Origin: Lepidodermella squamata
Taxonomy: Eukaryota; Animalia; Gastrotricha
Assembly: GCA_047495785.1 (NCBI GenBank)
Contig: JBLDXI010000013.1
Location: 310,001-374,000 of the forward strand
Reading direction: 5' to 3'
DNA: 64,000 nt
The translations under genes and the position numbers were made by a program. Shown here piece by piece: positions 1-16,689 of the stretch. Under the pieces are notes generated by a model. It was not told the DNA's origin, made no database searches, and saw only the letters and a list, made by a program, of their open reading frames with translations. Each line of letters begins with the position of its first letter. The first letter of the stretch is position 1.

Positions 1-275
1 GGTTTAATGCTTACAGAGGTCATCCCGCAATGCTCAATTTACATTCTCAAAATTACAAGATACCTGTCTCAGTTTACATTAGGTGGTTTCATATGTTAAA
101 TTCGTAAAGGTAATTGACTCTCGGCTACTTCGCTCATTAATCGACTCAGTAGTTTATTTTGATGTTGCTATAAATTCTAAAACTAAACCTGTCTAAATGT
201 TTTTAATCTTAAGGTTTCGGTATTAATAATTGAATACCACGTTGTTCGCAGTTCATTGATTTATACCATCCAGTC

Positions 276-1616
276 ATGCAACCATCGAGCCTTACCCATC
301 TAACCATCGGATTCTCTATGATCATAGCTTCTGCAGTATCACAAGGTAGTTTTGATTGTTATATAGCGCCTCAATCATGACATTTTTTATTGCTTTAGGT
401 TTCAAATGCCCGGGATGTAAGTTTATAATAGTTTAAAAATGGAATCTTGACTTTACTGAATCTATTACTTGTAGCCAACTTCAGACTTTTTGAACTCCAT
501 TCGGATCTCGACAAACATTGGGCCGGAAAGTACGGTGAAGCTGAAAAGATGTGCGGCAAATCCGGACACAAACTTGCTCAAGATGGCGCGTGTTTGAAGC
601 AATACTTTTTGTCGAACGCAAATATATCAGAGGCATGGATCGATAAGAGCTTGAAACCGAATGACGCTAATCCGTTAGTTATCATTTTATGGATTCTGAA
701 TTATAATTTTCTACACCACGGTATTTATTCTCTGGACAACATTACCCAAATGTTGTATTCAGACCGACGTTACAGAACTTTGATTTATCATTTACAATGG
801 ATCGAATTGTTAAGTTATTAGGGGTTGAGGGTAAATATCGTGGTGTCTTTAAAATAGCCTTGTTTGCATCTTCATTTCTTATATTTCGACATTTTCGCTT
901 CCAGATGTGCGACCTGGTCTCGAGACAAGGGGGCTGTGGCTGTGTCGTGTGATCTTTCGCAAAAGGCTCTTTGTCAAGGATTGGCAGTTGATGACCATCC
1001 GAAATCTTATCCGGTTTGTGATCATTCAACTCTAATCTCTATCTACTCTGCTTTCTGACATTTCTAATAGAATGGTCCTTTTCCATACACGCAAGTATTT
1101 GTAAGTTTGCTTACGTACCTTCATCTTATTTCTGCTACTTCGCGTTTCTACTGTGGCATTTCGTTCTATTTGCTATTGATTTGCGAGTATTGTGATCAGA
1201 CTGTAATCTGGTGACTTTTTTCAGGGTGCAACCACCTCTGCCCCATCAACTCCGCCGGCAGTTGACGCTTATTACGTTGTATGCGGGGTCCTTGGAGTCG
1301 TTCTGATTTCCATCGTTATTGCAGCTGCTATCTGGAGATCAGGCTACGTCAACAACCGATATTCCTTCCGCCGACTGGTAATATATTGGCTCCATTGTTG
1401 CTTTAAAATAACTTTTTGCTGTATAAAGCCCGCTGGAGCCGCTGCTGCAGCTTCATCATCGCAAAAGGCCGCCCCGAAAAGCCACACTGTTACCTCGCAG
1501 CTGGACTCAGAAATTCCAGTAGGCTACGTGGTAAGTAGACCCTCCTTAATCAATTCTCTTATTTTCGGTATTTATGTTCACAGAAGGCTTCGGTCACCAA
1601 GGAGACTATCGCATGA
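276..1616 (+). CDS. Spliced type I membrane protein with a divergent C-type lectin-like ectodomain
   Basis: Exons join in phase at GT-AG sites: signal peptide MQPSSLTHLTIGFSMIIASAVSQ, then AEKMCGKSGHKLA...AWI...CATWSRDKGAVAVSCDLSQKALCQ (CTLD-like Cys spacing), an S/T/P stalk, a TM segment YYVVCGVLGVVLISIVIAAAIW, and a tail ending KETIA* (TGA 1614-1616). Confidence 0.55.
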
Positions 1617-3436
1617 GGCTGCACGATAATCGCCTTATTGTGCCCATCTTTTACACTTATCGTTAATGTGGTAGCTCTATTTTAACTGATGGGTTGATGT
1701 GCGTATACGCATGTTGGAAAATCTCGCTCATAAATGATCCTGAATCGTCCCGCGGTTTATTTTGTGTGAATCCTGTTTGTTGGTGGTTTTACTCGTTTGC
1801 CGGAGACTGAAAATTTGTTATTTTCATCAACTGGCTCGTTTCTCGCGTGCGTTTTCCTTGTGATATTGCCTGTCTTGTTAACTGTCGGACTTTTTCGCCT
1901 ATATTTTTTATAACGCTGCGAGTCCACAAGGCCCGTAGTTGGAAGAAATTAATAATGCACTAGTCCTCAACTGCCGATAATAATCAAGTATTTGATGTAG
2001 TTTTTCATCAGAGAACAAGAAATTGCTGTCTAGTCGTGTGTTTTTTGCTAGTTTTATGCTCTTTTGAGTTGGAACAAACTTGGCAAATGCTAATTCTTGT
2101 CAATAATCTCCAAACTACATACCTTCTTATACATATATGGCGTCTATTTTGAAGTATTTAGCGTTTCAGATTGTTATGATTTTTGATGAAAATATTCTGG
2201 CGCTCGCTTTGTTTGCCATCTCGAGTAACGAATTTTCCGGCGTGTTTCTGTTTTAATTTTGTGGATTCTTAGTCGTGTTTGCGCATAGAAAAATCTCTGA
2301 ATTTCCTCATGTTGTTTATGCTGTCTATTTTCATTACTGCGAGTAATCCTGTTGCAAAATTTGCGCGGTGCCTCTGCGACAATCGATACGAATTTTCGCC
2401 GTTATTCCGTGTTCAACATTGTCGGATAAGCGATCGTTGCTGTCGAAGTATTTTTAATATCAAAACGTGGTTCATCTCGACCGTGTGCCTATATACGTAC
2501 GCCATCGTTTTTTTCTGAAGATGACCTATAAGAAGAGTTATTTACATGATAAGAAACGAATAATTATTTTATTTTGGAGAGATAGAAAATTCGCTACAAC
2601 TGTCATAATTTGTATAGAGATGAATTAAATGCTTCGAGAGGTTATATTTTGAGTCTCCAAAAATGCTTATTTCTACACCTGAGCCATGACAAATATATAT
2701 TGGTATCTTTTTAGTTATCTTTCTCATTCTTCACCTTATGACAAATCTGAGGCTCTGGTTGCGTGTTTATGTATTTTTTCAAGTTTGTGATGACTCAGCA
2801 ACCCATCTGTTGTAACTTGTACCTTCGGTGATTGTATGCTTGTTTGTCCCAGATATTTTCATGAAATGTCAAAATCATCGTAAATTTCTTTACGATCCAA
2901 CCTAGAGAAACTATATGTTAGCCGTGTTGTGACTGCCTTATGTTTATAATATATTATCAGATACGTATATTAAAAATAAAAAGTTCTGTTCAGAAGCTGT
3001 TCTTGACTTTTCCATTCTTACGACAAAAATCAATGAGTCCCGTCGATGGTTAAGGTTGCTTAGGCAATTGCCTCAGTTGAGATTCAAATCAGAGTGCAAT
3101 CTTATAGGTCCGCCTGTCATCAAGTGAGGCGCTACAAGGTAGATTTAGCCCTACATCTATAAGCTGAGTCTGGAAAATTACCCGGAACATGCTGAAGGCA
3201 GCGTAACAACGCCTCAAGTTGATGCTAATCGAATTGAACGCGGATTTGAGCTGTGACGATTTTTCGTAGGCTACACATACGACTTCGAATCGAATCGATC
3301 GCTACGATTTTTACGTAATTATTTCGCGAGAGATGTCCAACACGTAAAATGAATGAAAAGAAACACAATGCCACCGCTATCATTTTATTGCATGAAAAAT
3401 CAGCGATTGCATCTCACAAATGTAATCACAAAGAAA

Positions 3437-6400
3437 TTAAAAACCGTAACGGGTGCGCATGTCTTCTAGCTTTTTGGAAATTTCAGACGGGCGCTTTTCA
3501 AGCTCCTCGGCGATTGAGCGTTGCTTAGTCGATTCGAGTTGAGCATATATCTCGCAGAGGTCTCCGTCTATCACGTTGCGCACCGGGGCGTAATATGAGC
3601 GAAAGGAGAGATGATCGCGGCCGGCCAGCGAAGACATCTCTTGACGCAGATGCAGCTCGAGGTGTTTGAAAAACTCGTGATCCTCTTTTGACGCGAATGG
3701 CACCAGCATGCCGATAGAACCGCCCAGGGTAGTATACAACAGCGATTCAACGCCGCCGGCAACGAGCGTCGCCCTCTGAAAACTTGTCACGATATCACCG
3801 ACGTAAAAATGAGCAATGGCGTCAGCTTTCTGCCACGCGCCATTCAAACAGCCTCGGTCCCAAAGAGCCCGAGCTCCCGAAGGATCATCCTCGGGCGAGT
3901 CATTGACGCCAGACGGCAGCCGTAGCACGAAAACGTTCCCAAACTTGTCTGCACCAGCAACTGTGTCGTGGTCGAGTAGGCACGCCGCCGTTATCCACCG
4001 AGGCAGGGTGTCGTCTGCGAACAGAACTAATTGGTTGTCCATGCGGCGGTACGATAGCCAGTGCAGTGACTCTTGCACATCGCCAACTATGATTCTCAAC
4101 CCGCTAGTCTGAATGGAAACGATCAGATTCGGTAACCGGCGACACTCTGCCTTGCGCAGCAGCTTTTTCCGACCCAATTCGTAAATTCGCAGCAAATTTC
4201 CAACGCCCGCAAGTAGCTTGCCCTGAAACGGCGCCAAACAACCCGGAATGTCTTCGACGGGTGTCACGTGAAGCAGCTCGATGCGCTGCCCGCCATCGGC
4301 AAGCCGGAATGTGTGAAGGAAACCACCGCTGCCAGCACTGCGCGGGTTAAGGACAAAGTCGCGCACTGTTCCAACGATCGCGCAAAAACCATCGCCTCCG
4401 CTCAAATCCATGCCGCCGATTCCAACAGCCGTTGGGAAACGAATCATGGCTATTGACTGAGCGGCTTCATTCTGTTCAAAGTCATGTCTGTCGATAATTT
4501 GACCGGTGACTGGATTGACTAGAAGGACGCACGATGACCACATGCCATTGCCGGCGCGTGGCGGTGTAAAAACGTCGTCGGGCAGTTGTTCCGCTAAAAA
4601 TTGAGCGGCGAGCTCAGATGCCATCGCTCGGTCTGATTCAGCAGCCGCCTCAACCATCTCCCGAGCCATTTGTTGTTTTCGTTGTTTGCGCACTGGTTCG
4701 GTGAAGGCCTGGTGGTCTGTACATATGATGACGAGATTGCCGGATACAGGGTGAACGACGAATCGTCGAGGCGTCATCGGCAGCGGGTGGCTAATTTGGT
4801 TGAAAACGGCGCCGCCCAATTTTTCAAGAGCCAGAATGCGCAGCGTATTCGCGGCTATGCATACAATGCCCTCGGGGCACTGTTCTGACGTGAAACCACT
4901 CGCGTAATCGATTGCTTCGTAGCACAGCGGCGAAACATGGAAGCGCGAGGCGTACCAGTAGCACAGCGTGGGCCGACTGCTGACAGCCAGCATAGCCGGT
5001 GCGCCCGCCTGGATTGCGATGCCGAACAGGCGAACGGGCCTCGTGCCGAGATATCGAGTACGTGTATCCGATAAATTACCGGAAACTCTGTCCAGACGAG
5101 TCCGCAGCAGCACACCATTAGTAAGACCAGTAAACAAGTAAAGACCGCCGGCAGTTTCACGTGAATCATCGGCAGGTCCCATTTCAGCAATCGACACCAT
5201 TTCAGGAGCAGCTGGGAGGGCCTGGGTACTCAGAGGCGTCAGGCAATCGTTCTGATCCAGTGAAACAATGCGAACAGTTTGATCAGCTAATCCAACCGCC
5301 AGGAATGGGAAGCGCTGCTCACCCGGAGGAACGCGGCCGAGAGCCATGCAAACCACGTCACGCTGCATTTGCCTGCGCTCTGTGTATTCGTTCAACTGTC
5401 CAGTCGGGTCCATTTCAAAGTAGACTAATTCACCGCCACCCAGAGCGATGACTACCTGGCGCTGATTAACAGCGCAGCGCACGATTTGTCGACGGCCAGG
5501 CGTGCGCCATTCATTGACTCTTCGATCGGCGCGAATGTGGCGAATGCCATCAGGGTATACCTGGATGAGCGCATCGTCGCCAATTTGAGCGGCTGCCAAC
5601 GTGGGGGCTGTTCCGAGGAAACCTGAATCCGTGACTTCTTCGACGGTTTCACCGACGGAGAGGACCAAGGTGGCGTTAACGAAGGACACAATGATATATG
5701 CATCAAAATCAGCAGATGCTGAACGGCGAACTGTCCACACAGCACTTGGATTGCCTGGAAGCTCAGAAACGGCCATTTCAGTCACTTCGAGGCCATGCCG
5801 CAGAACTTTCAAGCTGGATCGGGCAGAGCGACCCACAAGGGCGTACAAATGTAGCTGCTCTTCCATACCCCCTGTTACTGAAGCGTGTTCCGACAACTGA
5901 CAATTCAGAATAGGCGAAAGACTGTCGACCTCATCGACAAGAACCAAATTTTTCAGAGGCCGTGGAGCGTAGAAGAATGTCTCGCCTTCTTCCAAGGCGA
6001 GAGAGCTAGAGAATTCCGGCTCTGAATCATCATCGCCAAGATGAGCAATCTGATAGAGGTAGCTAAATAACAATGTATGTTGAAGAATTTACGAATACTG
6101 CCAATTCAACTCACTGGTTGCCGAATTCGGCTGCGACGAACAGGAAACCTGTCTTTAAAACACACATGCTGGTTGCGACAGGAAGAGTGTCGAAGTACTT
6201 GACGCGCATTTCTCGAACCATATCTTCATCAAGAACAAGAGTCACTTTGAAGACATCTCCTTGTTCAGTTTGTAGCAAGAAGAAAAACATAGTCTATATA
6301 ATCGAAATTACGAATGAAAATTAGAAGCAAGTAGGAGGCAGTAAATACCTTAGTCTTGTGAGATGCGGAACATACGAACATCATTCCACGCTCCGGATCG

Positions 6401-7340
6401 TCCAAATCATTCTAAATATCAACAGATTGCAGAAATGTAGGAATTCGTGGCTAGACTCACCCGTCGCCGTGGAATGGGAATCTTAATGTCGGGTTGGTCA
6501 CCCAAATTCTTGTACACCAAGAAGTTTTCAGCGCATAGCAAGAGACCGCTTGGGCCATCAGATCCACCGGGAACTGGAATCAACATATTTGCTTTGACGT
6601 CCAGGGGTTCAGAAAATTTACGAACAACGTGATTGAGACCAAGGTCCAACTCGTAATAAGTAAGGGATTGTTTGACGTTACGGGCAGTTTCTCCGGTAGT
6701 GTCTTGATCAACTTCTTCATAATCGATTTCCAAACAAGCGAAAATCGGATTGTCGAATCCAACATCCAGGCCAATGACGTGAAAGAGAATCGTGTTTGAC
6801 CGATGAGCTTCAAGAGGTGAGCTGATCGTAAGGCGAGCTTGACTATCGCGGTTGAAAATATAGACAAACTTCGATTTCTCTAATGCACAGATCATCACAG
6901 CTCTGCCCTTGGGATCCATGGCTAAATATTGGCCTGGAACGATCCGACGACATCCACTCCGGCCAAATGTTTCCAAGTGCACTCTGTCGAATTGGTTTTT
7001 CTTTGTGTCATACTCGAGCACCGATATTCTGCCAGCATCTGAGGCGACTACGAGGTAATCTTTGCTTCCACCGACCAACCTGCCAAATATATATTGAAAG
7101 ACTTGAACAGCAAATTGATCAATTAATAGCAAACCTGAACGGATAAATGGCCCTAATATTTGCAAAACAGTCGGCAACTACAAGCGATAGCAATCGCCCA
7201 GTTGTAGGATGAATTTTCAGCAGCTCAATAAAACGACCACGACATACTGCTATTTCTTGCTGACGGCCGCCGGCAAAATTTCCGTGGGCCGCCATTTGAA
7301 TGGCAGTAGGTCGATGAAGAGACAAATTATATAAAAACAT
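3437..7340 (-). CDS. SF3B3: Splicing factor 3B subunit 3 (SAP130/Rse1), 5 coding exons
   Basis: N-terminus [14 protein letters not shown], motifs [29 protein letters not shown] and [14 protein letters not shown]-terminus [11 protein letters not shown]. Introns are short and GT-AG; about 1230 aa in total. Confidence 0.97.
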
Positions 7341-7733
7341 CTCCTGTCTGAACAAAAATCACGAAGTTAAAACTGTTGAGGCTACCTAATGCCAGCTCGA
7401 CAAACTAACTCGACAACGACAAAAGCAATATTTCATTGTAGATTTTTTTTTCTTGGCCCACCAAAACGCGTTGAATCGGCTCTACAATTTCATAATGGGC
7501 TTATCTATTCATCAATCCGCTAACAAAATCAGATCAAAGCTCAAAGCTATGTAAGCTGTGTACTTATTATCAAGTAGTGCTCGTGGAATAGTGGATTAAT
7601 GGATTAATATGGTACAAAAGCTGAATAATAGTTAACTGTCATTAAAGAAAAAATCATTAAGCATGTTGAATTTGAATCGATCTCAGGTAACGATACCCAA
7701 GATGCCCCGTCGAGAAATCGGTGAATGTGCTTA

Positions 7734-9171
7734 CTGTAAAAACAGAAATTTCTGCGAGGACTTTATTTCTGCGAATGGCCAATTTTTCAGGTAGTTTTAA
7801 TTTCTGCGGACAAAATTTTTGCGAATGGAAAAACTGAGCTTTTTTCGGAGAATTCTGATCGCTTCCGGAGGGTTAAAAGTTAAGGTTAGGGTTATGTTGG
7901 GGGTGGGTTGCCCTCTGAGAGTGAGCCCTCTTGGCACTTCTACACACGAAATTGGAAGAGGATCGGCAACTGACGTTCATAACGTTTAGCTGTTCTTAGC
8001 GTAACGCTATTGACTATTGGTCCGGGTCAACTTTCAAAACCCAAACCAGCAAAAAGAACAGGTCTAACCCTAAGATGACTCGTGAATATTTTTGGCTTTG
8101 AGAGATAGAAAGGTAACTGACATATTGTAATTTGATGGCGAAGCTATTTTCAAAAAGGATTTCCCCGGTGCTCTCGCCCCTATCAATAGTTTTGAACTCA
8201 ACGAGCCATGCGCGAGAAGCGTCTGCCGAAGGATGAACTCTTATACCAGGAAGGCTGCAAATCAACATTGAGCAAAATCCCTGAGCTTGAATCCGTCGTT
8301 TTTTTTCATTTACCGCGAGGTTCACTTGTAGAGATGTAAACTACGCCCGCCGAGCCTCGAGAAAATTTTCACTAGAAATTTCGTTTTTCCAACGACAGTT
8401 TGAGCACAAATTCTTCTACGAACCCGGGCTTCGAACCCGTGCATCACTAAAACCCCACTAAAACCTATACTAGTTGCAGTGGCGGAGATAAGAGGTTGTT
8501 CGGGGGATGCAAGCGACCGTAAATTACCGTAAGCCGTAACCCCAAAAATGGACCTTTTTAGCCCCTCTTTAGGCTTTAGGCAAAGAAAGCGCCAAAAGGC
8601 TTTCCGAAAAGCCCACAAGTAGGTAAAGCCGAGTACTGCTATGTGTCTGCTATATTCGGTTGGCTCACATGACAATAATGATGACAAGGCGTTTTTGTGG
8701 CGATGAAAAACTACGAAAAATCGAAAAAAACAAACACGAGCTGGAGACTTTATTTAAAGTTCCCTGGGGTTTTGAAAAATGAAGTTGTGACCCCCTTACT
8801 CAGACTATTTTCCCACCTCGTGCTAGCTTAGCTTATCCGACTTATTTCCGCCACTGGCTAGTTACCTGTTACCTAGGAACCGGGCCACTTTGCTCATTAA
8901 ATCTGTGAAATTTTATCCTCTAGGCCATGCTAATTGCTCTACATACCATGGAAAATGGCTAAGGGGCCCAACCCGGCTAGGTAGCCTGTATTCCCTTGCT
9001 TCATATGAAGGGGCATGCAAACTTTCACGAGCCTGAGCGATTATTGCTTCGTTTTAAGCGAATTCTGAAGAATTAGTGGGACTTAAATTCTGCGAATTTA
9101 ATTTTTGCGAGTCAAAATTTTCTCGCAGATTCGCAAAAATTAAGTCCTCGCAGAAATTTCTGTTTTTACAG
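7734..9171. mobile_element. Non-autonomous DNA transposon (TA target duplication, Tc1/mariner-pogo-like)
   Basis: Perfect 30-bp TIR CTGTAAAAACAGAAATTTCTGCGAGGACTT at both ends, TA at 7732-33 and 9172-73, subterminal T(C/T)TGCGA repeats, no transposase ORF. Confidence 0.88.
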
Positions 9172-9770
9172 TATTTACGATCACTAATCCTTAGTTCGGC
9201 GAGCGGTGAGATAATCAGACCTCCGAAACATCACGTCGAAATATGAACTTTTGATAAAAAGGACTGCGTTGTAGCACAGATCGATGTATCTTTTCAGCTA
9301 AGTAGAGGTACGACTCTCGGGGGTCGGGGGCCGCACCTCAGCAGGTTTGGTTATCCGCTCAAATGGCGCGGATCATATGGATTTTTAAATTATTTTTAAA
9401 CAAATTTTTCAATTTGATTAGCGTATATAAACGATTGCCGGATGTAACAGTATGATCCTGATAAGCATTAAGCTAAATAAGGGGAAAATATTAAACGTGA
9501 CGATTATTTGAAAGTCGCCATTCATTTCAAGCGAACAAGGCTCGGCGGAACTTCTCCCTTGAATGTGATGCTGCTGAGGAAAAAGCGGGTGTTTGTGGGC
9601 AAAAGAGTTTTCCGATTGTGAATTATGATCAAACACATGCATTTTAATTTCAATTTTCCGCTTTGGAAGTACTCTTTATCAAATTTTGGGTATCAAACCT
9701 TGCGGTATCAAATTCATGCCGTACTTCATTGCTCTAGATTTAAGTAAAAGACTGTCGAGTTGCTTTCGAA

Positions 9771-11953
<2,183 letters not shown>

Positions 11954-14900
11954 GCAATGCCCTGGCGCAGCAAGAAGATGGTTCGATTTCACACTTACGG
12001 ATGGAGAACTATCACTAACTCGTTTCTGAATCTAGCTTAGGCATACTTCATTTGTAAATGTGTTCTAAAACTTCAATCGCGATTGTTTAATCGTTAGCAA
12101 AATGGGATTTCTCCTAAAAAGAGGAATGTTGTCTGTTTTAGCATTGTGAACGGCGAGCTTGTTTTTGAAAGGAGAAGATTTTTCGATCAACTCAGATCGT
12201 CATGTAAAAAACATCACAAGTCTCGCTAATGTGATCCTACAAATCAACTTGAACGCAATGTGAATCAATAAAAGCCTGTTTTTGAAAAGAGTTCTTTTTC
12301 AAAAGAGACGATGATTAGCCTCGCGCCATACTCTGAACATATTTCTTTGTTGTTCTATTGAATGGTGACACAAAGAATTAGCTCAGGGTAAAGAGCGATA
12401 GCTTTGAGAGTGGTAGAAATGTTCCATCAACAGTATGAAATCCGAGACTAACGTTCTCGTCAGCCAAGACCCGCTTAAGTATCGCTCAGCAGCTGGCTTT
12501 GCAACGTGGTCTAATCCTACTTACATGCTGGCCGGGTCGTAAAAACTAATATATTCTTGACATATCACCACCTGATATCGTTCGCGCTCTCCTAACAACT
12601 AAGCCGATTTTTTATTGCTTCAAACGCTGCGCGTAACGTGCCCAACGGCTCAACCGGTAGTGTTCAGGACTTTAAATAATGGAGCTATGCGCCGCCAAAT
12701 AAACGAGACAAATGTATGAAAATCATCGAAGATTTCTTGACTCAGCCAGGTTCGCAGTGGTAAGTAAAACGATCTGTGTTTCGAGTCGTAGAATATCTAC
12801 CTGAATGTACCTGAAACATGCGACACGTGAATTTCGCTGTCTGCTCTGCTGAGTCACCGGAATGAATATTTCTGCTGTTTTATTTGCCGATCAATTTAAA
12901 ATACTAACGTCGACTAATTTCAACATCAATAGTCATCAGTAACCTTCGTTTGAACATTTTTGAAACGTTAATAATCTTGGTAAGCATTGTTCACCGCTAT
13001 CCGGAGCTGATCAGATTGACACTTCATTCTGCCCGCATGCGAACAAACGATCAACGTTTGGTACACTGATTGTATCCTTTAATTCGGCTACCGTGTGACA
13101 TCTAGTAAACAGTGATAATTGTTTGCATTTCATCTACTCATCAGGATACTTGAGAGCAATCGATCACTGAAGCAATGCGATTTATTGTACAATTGCAGCA
13201 GTCTCGCAATTTCATCCTTGATCATGTGAATATTACAAGAATCCGATCAACATATAATCAGCAATTCGCTTTCACAGTGAGCTTCAAATTGTCATCTACT
13301 GTGATAAGAAAGTCTGAGCTTACTTATTACACAGATTGAGTTTCCATCATGAGGTCAGATGGGACGACATCTCTGTTGCAAATTAGAGAACCTTGATCAT
13401 CGATATTGAAGAATAGTGATGGGCAACTAGGTCTCTCTTAGTAACTATCGTATCACAAATTACCGAGTCTGTCTACCATGGTTTCAAGAACCCCATTTAC
13501 CACGACATCGCTCTGCGTCATAGAGTCAGGAATTACAATCATCTAGCAGTTATAGTTAGTTCATCCACGTATGTTGACAGCATTTCCCATCGTATTTTAT
13601 AAATCATCATTCGTCAATGATGTCACCATTCTGAATAACTGAGGCGCAGATCGTGAACGTAGGAGAGCTGAGGAGAAACTTGCGGTGTCCTCAGCAACGC
13701 AGTGAAACCAACAACCAACAACCAACATGAAACTAACAAGACTGCAAACACTGCTTTTATATTTCCTCTTCTCATGATGTATGCAACGAGCATTCAGCAT
13801 CAGTTGGGTTGATCGTCGCTAGCATCCGCGTACAGGCGTACGCAGACGGTGGCTTGAAGCTTGAATGGAATAACAATTTTATTATTCGCGCGCTTTAATT
13901 TCGTTGCTAAGAAAAAATATTTTTTAATATAATTATTATTACTTATTTTTAATATGGTTTATAATTTAAAATAAAATAAAGTTGAACAATGTTTTTCAAC
14001 TGCCAATAGGAATCGTAAACAAAATTCAAATGTGGCCAATGGCGGCCTCCTGTATAATGCGAAAGCCGCGTTGTACCGACGTTGGCACTGACCATGTTCA
14101 TGTACGTAAATTGATTATTCACCGTATATACAATGTGAACGATTTCTGCCCTCCATGTCTCTCTTTAACTGTCTTGTTTTAAATTGGTTGCAACTTCGTT
14201 TCCATTCACCTGGCTTCGTCCCAGTTATCTTCGGGTATTCCCGTTCTCGGTGTTACCAAATCACCTGTGACGAGCCACTAAGAAACCAAACCAAGTCACT
14301 AGAGTTTCTTTTACTAACACGCTTACATGGGATGTGTGCCAAACCAGCACGTGGGGTTTGGCGCCAAACTCGATTCTTATTGTTTGGTACTTTATTTTTT
14401 TCAGGATAATCTGAGCCTTGACTTGAAAGACATGAGTAGTGAGATGTTTTACACCTTCTGTAGCTAGAATCATCTTGCTGCTATGTCTTTCGGGCTGCGG
14501 TTCATCATTCATCAGCAATGCTATCTACTCTTTGTTATCGTTTTGATGCGGCGTTAAAATGGTGCGGCACGAGAGGTGGTGATGTGCTTATGATTTCAAC
14601 TAGGCCGTCATATCACAGCCTGCTTGTGTCCCACCATAGTCCGCAATGTTTGTATCATTGTTCTATTTTCAGATTCAAGTTATGGTTGGCCGTTCTGCGC
14701 AATCGCCTTTCTCCATTTATTTTGTGATGGATATTATTGTCTCGAGATCTTGTGAATAAAAGAATCGTTGCTTCCCCGTTCAGTGTTTTTGAGAAATTCG
14801 AGAGTTGAAGGGAAACAGATATCTAAAGGAAGTAGGAAGAGTGTTAGAAAGGGATGACCTCTGCTGTGTTAAGCTTGGAAGCTGTTCACATACAAGTTGC

Positions 14901-16689
14901 GATTTGCAGTTTACGCGTTGTGAGATAATTGTGACCACTGGGACACTGCCCGGCGAATCTAGCTGCTGCTCTGCTTGTGCTTGCTGCTGAGAGAGTTGTA
15001 GTGAGTGACTGGACGTCGTTATTGGTGAAACTGAGTGAAGGAAGCAAGGCGCCTGTAGTTCGTCGTACAACACCCATACCTGCAAACTGGGGGTAGGATG
15101 ACGGGAAGGATAACGCCATGTACTGGTAAACCTAGGCTTATTTCAATAATAGGTATAGTAAATACATGAGTAACAGGAGAGTTCAACCTGATAAATGGTC
15201 TGGGAGAATTTCTCGCTTTCATGCGTATGTTGATGATTTAGGTGTACAAATATAATGCATGAATATAATGCATACAAATGATTGCGCAACTCCCGCTCTC
15301 GTTCGCTTTCACTCTTGCGCGCTTGTCTAAACGCGCCTATTGTTCACCATGTAACTGTGTAGCCTTCTGCTGTTGATTATGAGAAATGTGTGCTGAAATT
15401 CGCATCTGAGACAAAGTATTTGTTCACATAATCTGCTGCTATCTTGCAATAAAAGCCGAATTTAAATCATGCATAGATGGAAATTAACGCGTAGCAAAAA
15501 TTGCAACGTTTGGTTTTGTTTATTTGAACGATCTGGCCAAGTCGCATTTTGTCTTCAGCCACAAACACATTGCAGGCAAAATGTGGAAAATTCGAGCGCC
15601 TTCACGCCCAATATCAATGTTACCATACAAATAACACATGAGATACAGAAGGCTGCCTATGTGCCTTCACGCATTCCAATTCAAATTCAAAAAACGACGA
15701 ATATCACGATCCAGCTCACTTAGGCGGAATCCCCTATGAAGGGCCAGTACAATAATTCAATTGTATAGACAACACAAGTTTTGATCGCTGTTCGGTTAAC
15801 ACCAGTTTTAGGAAAGGAGCGAATAGAAGCGAGAGCGAACATCGCGTATCGCGTTTACACTGCAGGAGCGAGCGAGAGCGAAAGAGAGCGTACATTCAAT
15901 TTTCATAGAGCAAAATTCATAATGGTTCGATTTTGCTCAGGTTTTTCACAAATGGCATTTAAATAATGAAATTAATCTATTGGTTAATAATTTTAATCGA
16001 AATTTCTTTTCTTTTCGTGAAAATCGCTGAATATGACATCATTCGATAGAATTTAAAAATCCGTACAAGCTACAAAGATAGCATGTGGATATTAATTCTG
16101 ACCTTAAAACGGGTGATTTTGTGTCAATCGCTCTGCTTCGTGCGCGCGCACGCGTTTCTATTATCTCTGTTCGCCCTCGTTCGCTCAACTTCGCTCAATT
16201 TCGGGTTGATTCCGCTCTGCGCGGAAGCCATGTTGGCAAGACATTTTTGCTCACATGTGTATATAATTTTCATTTTGTGGATCATGCAACCTACCTATAA
16301 GGTACCTATATCGTCTTCAATGATGTCCGATGTGCATGCCACATGTTGAGCTGGAGAACCGTGTGTGCAAACCATAGATTATTTCGGTCAGAATTAAGCA
16401 TTAATTCCTTAAAATAATTTCAAGTTTGTCGTAGTCACTTAATATTTTCTGATCGATGCGGTTTTTGATTTTTCGATTCGCAAGAGAGATGAGGCCCGTT
16501 CACCTACAACCACCTGCTCCAGCGATTGTAAGGAATGGTAAAGGAGTTCAAGACGCCTTATTTGCCGTTTGCGTAAATATATTTCTCATGCCGCCGGTGA
16601 TAGTGATGGCATGTGGTAGTGGTGGTATGTGAAGGCATGTGAAGTCACATCGCAATCACTACCTATCTAAGAAACCTTAGAATTTGCGC

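Noticed and set aside
3571-5913. Many 60-110 aa ORFs overlapping SF3B3 (similar ones overlap CDC25, WDR74 and VPS4)
   Set aside because: These are antisense or off-frame shadows of GC-rich coding sequence.
7871-7896. GGTTAAAAGTTAAGGTTAGGGTTATG as an interstitial telomere
   Set aside because: Only one perfect TTAGGG, and it lies inside a MITE.
12430-13550. Exon-like fragments (MKSETNVLVSQDPLKY...; FFIASNAARNVP...)
   Set aside because: In-frame stops and no recognisable family. Possibly a pseudogene, but not supportable.
14780-15222. Overlapping minus-strand ORFs with a Q-rich patch
   Set aside because: No consistent splice model or domain.
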